Assembly (NCBI GenBank): GCA_024626585.2
Contig: JANKJI020000001.1
Coordinates: 14,328,194 to 14,345,333, forward strand
Direction: 5' to 3'
Length of the DNA stretch: 17,140 nt
Source of the DNA: Ginkgo biloba
Lineage: Eukaryota; Plantae; Ginkgophyta
The notes beneath the pieces are model-generated. The model was given only the letters and a program-made list of their open reading frames with translations. It was not told the DNA's origin and did no database searches. Shown here in pieces: positions 8,177 to 17,140 of this stretch; the first letter of the stretch is position 1, and every line of letters begins with the position of its first letter. The position numbers and the translations under genes were made by a program.

Positions 8177-11100
8177 ATTTGATGAGGTTTGATTGGTATG
8201 TCTTGACTGTCCATTTTTGTTGTTTTGTGCCAGGATGTCATAAAGAACAACACATGTACGCTTGGATATGTGCAAGTAAGACGAAAAGGCTTTGATTTCT
8301 CCACTTCTTTTGCAATTTGGGAGTATAATTTCAAGATAATGTCCTACCTGTACTTGAATTTGTGCAAGTAACATGAGAACGAATTTTTTTATTGGTAACT
8401 TTGAATTTAAGGAGTGTATTTTTAGGACCTATCCGTAGGTATGGTGCTTTTCCGAGAGCGCAAGGTTACTGCTAATTAGAGATGCTTTGAGATATTAATG
8501 TACAAGAGACTTACACCATAACGTGAAGTACTGCAAAACAAATTCTATTTTTCAGATATATGGTCAGTTTCCTTACTGTTTATCCACTTCCAACTAATTT
8601 GAATTGGATGAACTGCCTGTAGTTTATTTTGCTGGAAGCAATGCCTTACTATTTACAGTGAGCCAATTATGCAGTTCATGCATCCATCACCATCCTGTCA
8701 TTCTGCTTCTTTTGGACATATGGGCCAGGTACTGTATCTGCTGACTGAGTAAGCAGCAATATTTCTTCAATTGAATTACTCAGAGTCATCTCAAAACATA
8801 TTAAGGACGTGCATGAAAAAACACTTATAACAATTGGAGGAAGTGGGACTTTTCTTAAAGTAAGCTTAATCAGAAGATCAATTGCATGGGAGCAATCTCA
8901 AAGATCTCAAGTTTCTTCCACTCCCACGACATACAGATAATTTCAGCCAACTTCATTAGGAAGCTTCTGTTAATGTCAGCCTTTATGTTCAAGTGTATGT
9001 TTGACAGTGGTATTATTGATCAAACAGTAGTCACTAATCTCAGGGGCTTAGCTAAATATACCTTGATTACCAAAAAGCTGATGCTTTTGAAGTGTTTAGC
9101 AAAATTCACAGCATTACAAAGGCATTTTTATGTGTGTGATTGACTTCACAAATGAGTGCCATGTTCTATATTTACAATTAGGCATCCCAATGATGAAACA
9201 GGGCTGATTTAGTGGTTTTCAGATGGTACTTTCTAACTGGTGATTGTGAGTCCACTTGTTTGAGATTCTTTTCTCCACACAACACTCTACAAATGCCCCA
9301 ACTTCAATTGTGGTTGTACCCAATTATTTTGGGCAGCTTGGATTACAGTGGTTCCCTCTGGGTATTCCATTTCATCCACCATTGAAAGCCTTCGATCACA
9401 AGGTTGCTATTGGAGATTTGCTGCATAAAACATTATGAGAGTAAAATATTTGATCTGGTATTTGGCATTTGTTGGCAGTCAGTTTTGACTAATTGTTGCA
9501 GCAAGGAGAAATTGTTTAAGCACTTTCTGTAGTCGTTTGTCCAACAAAGCCATTGGTCGTTTGTCTAAGTCATTCGTCATAGAGCAAACAACATAAAGCC
9601 AAGTTATAAAATAAAGTCAAGTTGTATCACNNNNNNNNNNNNNNNNNNNNNNNNNNNNNNNNNNNNNNNNNNNNNNNNNNNNNNNNNNNNNNNNNNNNNN
9701 NNNNNNNNNNNNNNNNNNNNNNNNNNNNNNATTACCACTTTGCTTTGTTGCAAACTTGACATAGAGTACCGTGAATCTGAGTTGGACTGTAGTTTGCCTG
9801 CTTTAGTGAAATATTGATGGATGAGTCTAGTAGAGGAAGAGAAACCACAGAGCATGCCAAATGCAAATTCCCCTGATAAGCTGTCTGACCCTTCTCTTCA
9901 TGCTGTCATGTTATTCAAGGAGGTCATACCATTTTGAAAACATTGACACCATCTGCTCTCTTGCTTTGGGGGTATTTTTTCTGAAATGAATTGTGTAGTC
10001 TGGATATGTTTTTAAAACTACTGTGGCTCTGTTTTACTTGCATTATCGATCTTCACTGTACATAGCATTATTTACTGTGTGTGACATTTTTCATTTCACA
10101 CATTATGGTTCCTCTTTTTTTTGCACATTATTGATCAACTTGACTATTCGTTACATTATTTGCTTTATGCTTGATGTTTTCATTTCACTTGTTGGGTCAC
10201 ATAGTTCTGCCCTTGCGTATATATCCATATAGAATTGTAAAAGAATATGAGCCCTCTATTTTGCCACCATTGCATAAGTATTAAGTTGAATATACCACTT
10301 TAATCTATATTCAGTTAATGAATGATTTTTTCTTAACATACTCTGCAAGGCCCCATTTTGCAAGTAACAAGCACAAGCAACTAGAAAAAAAAATCTCAAA
10401 TCCTTGAGAACTCTGCCAAAATGATTTAAACACAGAATATTCTTGCAAAAACAGAAGGGAATGAATGTTATGGAAATGCTTTGATGCCCCCCAAGAAGCT
10501 ATCCCACCTTGTCAAATCCATAGAAATAATCTACCTTGCTAGTAGATAGGCAATAGGAATGCATAAAATTGTGAATGGTAACAGTTAGAAATGTTATTTC
10601 TCATATCTCCCAAAGAGGTTTTAGTTCAATTCAACTCTTAACTTATGGTTTTCAGAAATATATTATTTTTATCCCTTATTTTTCTTAGCAGAATATCCAG
10701 TCTTGGACCCATCCAAGAATGTATTAATGTAGACATAGGATTGTAACCCCAAATCACCTCCCCAACCATCTATGAACTTGCGCATTACCTTACATTACGC
10801 AAGCCATATGTACTATATTCGTTTGAACTATATGCATATTTTGTAATGTTTGAATGGAAAGGAATATTCATTTATTGAATATTTTGTATTTAAAAAGAAG
10901 GATATGCTAGAGTTGAATTTATGGGCACTGTAAGCTATAAAAGCCTTGTAAATATTCAGAATCACCACGGTTAATTCTATTGAGAGAAGTTGTGTTAAAA
11001 GTTCTCCTTGGTCTCTATAAGTGGATATGATCTTGAAGTAATGAAAGAGAAGCTTCAAGCAGTATTGTGTGAATGATGTGTCATTTGTTAATGATATGAA

Positions 11101-12085
11101 TTTGAATTGGATGGTTAATTGTGATTTGTGATAGTATGTACTATAATTGATTGTTAGCAGATATTGGTAAGGTAGTATAGAATAAAGATGTTGTGTGAAG
11201 AATAGGAAAAAATTGTAAGCAAGCATTGGTTCTATTGCCAAAAGAAGGGTACAATAAGTTGAGCTTCAAAGTCTAGAAGTCAATTTTTATGACTTGTGAG
11301 TCTATTAAGTCCTATAGAAGTCAAATTTTAAAAATTTACATGATTTTTTGATAAATATTTGTAAGCGTGACTAAAATTTTGAAATATAGCTTCAAAATCA
11401 TAAAAAATCGTGCAATTATTATGAATCTTTTAAAGTTTTGGGAGTCGAGTCTTAAGATGGTGGTCTTAATTATTAAAGTGACAATATATCATTGAGAGGC
11501 AAAGGAACAATGCTTTTAGGAGTAGATTGTAAAGATTGGAAGGATGTCTATGAAGAATTAACTTTATAGAAGAAATATTGGTGTATGTGCAAAGGACTAG
11601 TTAAGATACATAAAGATTGATGTAGGATTTGCATCGAAAGAGATTTTGAGAAAGAATCTTGAAGATTTTCAAGAAAAATGTGGTCTTAAGCATAAGAGCA
11701 CTTGTAGGACAACTGGATGTTGAAGGCCTCCATGCAATCATCCAATGCGTGCAAGTGGAAGACATACATTTAATAGGTGCACATGTACTATTTATTAATG
11801 TGTGGATTGTCATTTTGTCCCTTATTCAATATGAATGAAGAAAGATTGTTAGAATTTAAAAAGAATTTTATAGAAATGAAGATTTTAAAGATTTCAAGAA
11901 AGTTTAGAAAGATTGTGAAAATTTTTAAAGATTATTAAAGATTAAAGAAAATAAGAGTGATCAAGTTGGAAGAAGTCGTGGAACCTAGGAAGAAGAGCAA
12001 AACGAGCTTTTAAGGTGGCTAATATATAGTAGGACATCGAGCAAGCAAGCATTGATGGTTACATCAGGCACAAGCAATATGGAAG

Positions 12086-12470
12086 NNNNNNNNNNNNNNN
12101 NNNNNNNNNNNNNNNNNNNNNNNNNNNNNNNNNNNNNNNNNNNNNNNNNNNNNNNNNNNNNNNNNNNNNNNNNNNNNNNNNNNNNNNNNNNNNNNNNNNN
12201 NNNNNNNNNNNNNNNNNNNNNNNNNNNNNNNNNNNNNNNNNNNNNNNNNNNNNNNNNNNNNNNNNNNNNNNNNNNNNNNNNNNNNNNNNNNNNNNNNNNN
12301 NNNNNNNNNNNNNNNNNNNNNNNNNNNNNNNNNNNNNNNNNNNNNNNNNNNNNNNNNNNNNNNNNNNNNNNNNNNNNNNNNNNNNNNNNNNNNNNNNNNN
12401 NNNNNNNNNNNNNNNNNNNNNNNNNNNNNNNNNNNNNNNNNNNNNNNNNNNNNNNNNNNNNNNNNNNNNN
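12086..12470. other. Largest assembly gap (385 N), one of 13 gaps
   Basis: N runs at 1641-1655, 1883-1982, 3670-3745, 4358-4457, 5516-5615, 5847-5866, 9631-9730, 12086-12470, 14041-14140, 15249-15332, 15559-15658, 15918-15959 and 16217-16310. Confidence 0.98.
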
Positions 12471-12477
12471 AAAAAAT

Positions 12478-13200
12478 GAATTGGTATGTTGCTAGTTTGA
12501 CTTTGAGCATTATAGTTCAAGTTAAACAAAGTGATCCTTAAGACTTATTGCAAGGCACTACACAAAGTAGTCCAGATGGATACAAAAGTAGATTGGAGTA
12601 GAATGGTGGCTGTGGAGAAGGCTAATAAGTTGAAGAAGACAATCAAGGAGCTCTAAGAATCAATAAAGAAGTTGGCAAGTCACATATTGAAGGAACAAGA
12701 AAAGATTTGCAAGGAATATGAGGTTTTTCATTATGAAAATGAGTGTCCCTTTGTGAAGGGTATATAATCAAGCCAATACCTCATAAGGGGGTAATGAAAA
12801 AGGTAGAAGGAAGCGCACATTAAGTAACTATTACCTCACATGGAATGTGGGAGCATAGTCAAGATTATTATTAGAGTAACAAGAGAATATCTAAAAATCA
12901 TGAGGATAATAGTAGTAGTTCTAGCACAAACTCAAGGAGCAGTAATGAGGACTAAGATTCAACAAAGGTTTATCGCACAGAGAGAGCAAAAAGCTAGTGC
13001 CACAAGGATCATGAAGTGTTATGTAATGGTTGGGGTCACACTTGGTAGAATGGTCCCTTTTTAATTCCCATTATCAAAATATGCGAGTATGTGGAGTTGA
13101 AACAAAGGATTGCCTTGGTAAAGCTAATCAGAGCATAACCAAATCCAACGATGCAACAGGACAAAGAGGTCAATTGGACAAGTTACATCCTCAAGGTTTC
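12478..13200 (+). pseudogene. gag: gag C-terminal remnant with degenerate CCHC zinc knuckles
   Basis: WYVASLTLSIIVQVKQSDP*DL (W...GL...I...V....P..L pattern); CKEYEVFHYENECP at 12708-12749; KCY/CNGWGHTW*NGP at ~13014-13057. Confidence 0.55.
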
Positions 13201-13548
13201 AAGATTGACAAAACAAAAGAAATTAGAACTTCAAAGAAGAAGTATAATTCAAAAGAAAAAGGAAAGCCAAAGGTGGAATGCCTAGTACCAAAGTTCAAGC
13301 AAGGCATATGAAACAAGAGATGTGATCCTTCAACCACATAGATAAGAGAGCAAGCATCTATGAGTTAGAGATTTTGTTGAAAAGACTCGAGATGAGGAGT
13401 TAGATAAAGAATTGGTCAAAATGGTAAATAAACTAATAGTAGAGAAGCTTGCTCTACTCATGGAAAAGCTATAGCTGACTATGTACAATTATAATCTATA
13501 CAAAATGCAAAAAAATGCAACAAGAGAATTAAGCAAAAGGACACATAA

Positions 13549-13911
13549 CCTTTCGTTCATATCATGGTGGAAAGCACAAAAATTAAAGATGTTGTAGTTG
13601 ATTTCTATTTTGAAGTCAACATTATTTCTTTGGAGATGTGGAAAGAGATGGGATGCTTGTAGATTATACATTCCAAAATAGTCATCAAAATGGGTGACTA
13701 ACATCAAGTAACTCCGAAAGAAAAAATAATGAAGGTTAAGGTGTCTTGTGGAAGTCTGGAAGTTGAGCAAGACTTTGTGGTGATTTCTTTGCCAAGGGTG
13801 GGGAACCCTTACAAAGTTCTTTTGGGAATACCCTATATTAAAGCAATGAAAGGTTCACTAAGTTTGGAGAAGAAATATATGAACTTCAAGGAGGAAAGAA
13901 AGTGGCTATAG
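13549..13911 (+). pseudogene. Retrotransposon aspartic protease remnant
   Basis: One frame gives PFVHIMVESTKIKDVVVDFYFEVNIISLEMWKEMGCL*IIHSKIVIKMGD*...VKVSCGSLEVEQDFVVISLPRVGNPYKVLLGIPYIK. This corresponds to VLVDxGSxVNII...LKMAD...DFVV...Y..LLGRPWL. The catalytic D-x-G motif has decayed to DFY. Confidence 0.8.
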
Positions 13912-14416
13912 GTTCCTCTGAAGAAACTTAAAGAAGCTTTGGAAATCATTAAGGAGGAGAAGACTTCTTATAAAAAAGAGTTAGAGGAAGATGAAATTAA
14001 AATTAAGTAAGACATCGATCATATATATAGTTGAGAGAGANNNNNNNNNNNNNNNNNNNNNNNNNNNNNNNNNNNNNNNNNNNNNNNNNNNNNNNNNNNN
14101 NNNNNNNNNNNNNNNNNNNNNNNNNNNNNNNNNNNNNNNNACATGTGTAAGTCTGAGAGCAAATGAATGGAAGGAATGAATAACCAATTTCTTCTTGGTC
14201 TTTGAATTATTATGAATGTATTCTTTGTGAGTTTAATTAAGCATATTATATTTCAAATAGTATGATACATGCTAGTGTTTATTAAGTTAGAAGAAATATC
14301 ATTGTGTTGTAGAATGGTTAGATCTGAGTTATTTGAGATAGAAGCATATATTAACATTTCAGTGTTACGATTGGTAACATAATATTTTAAGTAAACAATG
14401 GTTAATATACTTAAAC

Positions 14417-14612
14417 AAATATATTATGAATAAACCTATTTAACAAGGACATCCAAATAGATGGATCATACAATTAGAGGAGTATGATTTTCATATATTT
14501 ATTAAGCCTAGAAAAAGTCACATCAAACCAGATCATTTATTTAGATTTGAAATAGGTAAAGTTGTAGAAATTGATGATGAATTTTCAGATGTTAATTTGT
14601 TTATAATTGGCA
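14417..14612 (+). pseudogene. Ty3/Gypsy RNase H C-terminal remnant
   Basis: KYIMNKPI*QGHPNRWIIQLEEYDFHIFIKPRKSHIKPDHLFRFEIG...DDEFSDVNLF, matching KYLxNKP..GR..RW.L.LQE(F/Y)DF.I..KPGK.H..PDHLSR...DD.FPD..LF. Confidence 0.88.
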
Positions 14613-14818
14613 TAGTATGGAATCGTCTAAGAGATATTGCATAATTTCTTACCACATGGATGGGAACTAAAGAATGGTTTGTCACCAAGAAAAAGTTTCA
14701 CAAAGATACATACTAATAGGAGGATAGTTATATAAAATGGTGAAATATGAGATCCTACTAATGTCCAATTTCTGAAGAGATACTAGATATATTGTAAGAT
14801 GTAAATGAGAGACCTATA

Positions 14819-15470
14819 GGTGGTTATTATTTAGGTAATTTAGTAACAAGAAAAGTAGCACTAATAAGGATTTTTTGGTTGACAATTTTTAAGCATGCAC
14901 ATTCATGGGTAAGGTAATGCAATGTATGTCAATGGATAGTTAAGACCAGTTGATGAGAATTTTATATTGTTGAATCCAATTAAAGATCAATTTCCATTTG
15001 TGAAATTGAACATTGATTTTATAAGATCGATTAAGCCACCAATAAAAAGGGCACATGATAGATATATAATGGTAGGTTTAAATTATGTAACAAAATAGGT
15101 TAAGGCTAGAGCTACAAGGGGTAATGATGTAAAACCTATAATTTTTTTTTTGTACGAATGCATGATTTATAGATTTGGATGTCTTGTAGAACTTGTTAGG
15201 TGATCTAAGAACTCATTTTTCTTAATAAGGTTATAGAGAGATTGACCANNNNNNNNNNNNNNNNNNNNNNNNNNNNNNNNNNNNNNNNNNNNNNNNNNNN
15301 NNNNNNNNNNNNNNNNNNNNNNNNNNNNNNNNTTTAGAAAGACTTGGTATGTTTTCCACAAGGATTGGGTTGAGAAATTACATATAGTATTATGGCCATT
15401 CAAGACTACTTACACACATTTAATATGCCAACTCCATTCCAATTGGTATATGGACAGGAAGTTGTCTAAC
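14819..15470 (+). pseudogene. Ty3/Gypsy integrase remnant (zinc-binding region and rve core)
   Basis: GGYYLGNLVTRKV...FWLTIFKHAHSWVR*CNVCQ; PFVKLNIDFIRSIKP...RYIMVGLNYVTK*VKARA...RFGCLVELV; after the gap, KDWVEKLHIVLWPFKTTY...TPFQLVYGQEVV. These match GGHF..TARK..WPT.FKDA...C..CQ / PF.KWGIDF.GP / DY.TKWVEA / RFG.P..L.SD / DW..KL...LWAYRT / TPF.LVYG.EAV. Confidence 0.92.
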
Positions 15471-17140
15471 TAATAGAACTCAAGGAGTTGAGTTTAAGGA
15501 TCTCTATTAAGGAGAAAGGGAGTTAAATAGACTCTTTATAGAACTAGAGGAGAAGAGANNNNNNNNNNNNNNNNNNNNNNNNNNNNNNNNNNNNNNNNNN
15601 NNNNNNNNNNNNNNNNNNNNNNNNNNNNNNNNNNNNNNNNNNNNNNNNNNNNNNNNNNTATTCTTGTTTGTGAGATTCAAAATGAGCCCATGAGTGCAAA
15701 ATGATAGAGTAATGGTTTGAAATTTATGGTAAAATAATGAATTCCTATTCGTATAAATCGATTTACAATTAAATCATCTTATTCCAACCGATTTGGTCAT
15801 CTTATTTCTAACATGTTTGGTCTTCTTATAAGCAAAGTGAAGTGTAAAATAAAAAAACAGGATTTTTTTTTCCAAGAACAGAAAATAAAAGACGATGAAC
15901 AAGGTATTCTCATCACTNNNNNNNNNNNNNNNNNNNNNNNNNNNNNNNNNNNNNNNNNNAGTTACATTATTGTTTAACTTCTTTTTTCAATTGGGTAATT
16001 GAATGGATGGAATTAGAAGGTCAAAAGGCAAGGAAAAATTGAAAGAGAGAATATGAATTGAATAAACAAAGGGAAGGATTAGCAACTCAAAGGAGGAATA
16101 TGGAATAATATGCATTCAACAAGGTAAACAGAGATTGCTTGCAAGATAAAAAAGTGTTAGAGAGTCTTTTTGGAATATGGAAAATCTCCATACAATTGTG
16201 GAAAATAATTTTTATTNNNNNNNNNNNNNNNNNNNNNNNNNNNNNNNNNNNNNNNNNNNNNNNNNNNNNNNNNNNNNNNNNNNNNNNNNNNNNNNNNNNN
16301 NNNNNNNNNNATTCTATAGTTTTATTCCCTAAGAGGATTTCTTCAGTTAAAAATAATTTTCTCTTTGTCAGAATATGCGTGTCTAATTTTTTTTCTTGAA
16401 TTTTTTTGTTCAAGTTAATAGGATCGCATGTAGTTCTAGACACAACATTTTATTATCTTTTAAAAATAAATTAATTCAAGGATCTATAGTTATTTATATT
16501 AAAAAATTCTGATGTTCCTACTGAGTTATAGATTAATTCAGTATTAAATCTTCTTGTTCCTAAGTGTGTGTTACATGGTGAAGACCAAAAGTGGTTATTC
16601 CTCGAGTGGAGAGATATTGCTACAAGGTTTGACAAGCCGACGGGCCGCAAGAGTATAAAAAATGGCAGAAAAAATAGAGAAAGATTAGATTGAAATGAGA
16701 TTCATAAAGATGGATTCTAATGTGGAGAGCATTCTATATATGTTACAAGATCTAATTATGTACCCACTTGGTAGGAGTATGAGGGAATGACCCTCAGTGC
16801 ATTGTGAAAGAAATTTGGTGTCAAACCAAGGGAGTACTCATGCATTGTAACTATCTAATTCTCTTGTTCTTAGTGAAAATTAGCTCTATCCTTTTGTACG
16901 GTTTGTTTGCTCCTTTATATGGCTTGTCCCTTTAATACCACCGAATCGTGTGCATATCAATATTATACTGTATAAATATGCGCTTTAGTGCTATATAGAT
17001 CCACTATACCATAAAAATGTGCTCACTTCCATGGTGTAATTTGCGGGATGCCAAATTTGAATAGAAACTCAAAAAATCGTTGCACACTTGTATGAAGCCC
17101 AAGATATTCCTCCATACGTGTCTGTTGAAGCCGCCAATCT

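Larger units (their letters stand above)
12471..15558 (+). mobile_element. Degenerate Ty3/Gypsy LTR-retrotransposon internal region (gag - protease - [RT not visible] - RNase H - integrase), non-chromovirus-like
   Basis: Domain remnants occur in Gypsy order (integrase last), all on +, with many stops and frameshifts; see the sub-features. I could not define the LTR boundaries, and the element probably extends to either side. Confidence 0.88.

Noticed and set aside
8171-8295. C-terminal tail of ORF 7891-8295 (MYLMRFDWYVLTVHFCCFV...)
   Set aside because: It is read-through into intron after a consensus GT donor, and PPPDE similarity ends at 8170.
8300-8330. FFCNLG as the start of the downstream DeSI exon
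   Set aside because: There is no acceptor AG in the right position, the second Cys and LP are absent, and a stop follows at once.
8065-8374. Minus-strand ORFs 8065-8334 and 8099-8374
   Set aside because: They are antisense shadows of the real exon with no recognisable protein features.
10701-10718. Perfect 7-bp hairpin TCTTGGA-CCCA-TCCAAGA
   Set aside because: It is short enough to occur by chance in 17 kb and has no supporting context.
10828-11241. 137-aa hydrophobic minus-strand ORF
   Set aside because: Its F/I/L/Y/T richness reflects AT-rich DNA in a probable LTR/leader region, and it has no motif support.
12052-12529. Long ORFs of 147-156 aa, and the other X-rich ORFs in the track
   Set aside because: They are open only because N-gaps contain no stop codons.
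1-17140. A novel multi-gene system, or tRNA/rRNA/snoRNA/miRNA genes
   Set aside because: I saw no intact ORF other than the DeSI exon and no recognisable RNA-gene motif or long hairpin by eye. An Infernal/Rfam and tRNAscan-SE run is needed to exclude small ncRNAs formally.

Overview
This is AT-rich eukaryotic (land-plant) genomic DNA from a fragmented draft assembly. It has 13 N-gaps, six of them exactly 100 N and so probably unsized. The only intact host coding sequence is one internal, spliced 288-nt exon (7883-8170, +) of a PPPDE/DeSI-family deSUMOylating/deubiquitinating isopeptidase, carrying the catalytic NCNHF motif. I could not find its neighbouring exons in the resolved sequence. The remainder is intron-like DNA with decayed transposons: (i) a Ty3/Gypsy gag relic (~3199-4270, +) split by a ~550-bp TG...CA insertion with a perfect GGTACA target-site duplication (probable solo LTR), (ii) a minus-strand LINE reverse-transcriptase fragment (~5616-6070), (iii) a second, heavily mutated Ty3/Gypsy element (gag/zinc knuckles, protease, RNase H, integrase; ~12471-15558, +) with no visible RT, and (iv) two small tandem duplications. 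I found no convincing evidence for a new biological system. The best observations are the nested insertion, the isolated symmetric catalytic exon in TE-expanded introns, and pervasive C>T/G>A decay of the TEs. All protein-family calls come from manual translation and remembered motif consensus, not from database searches.
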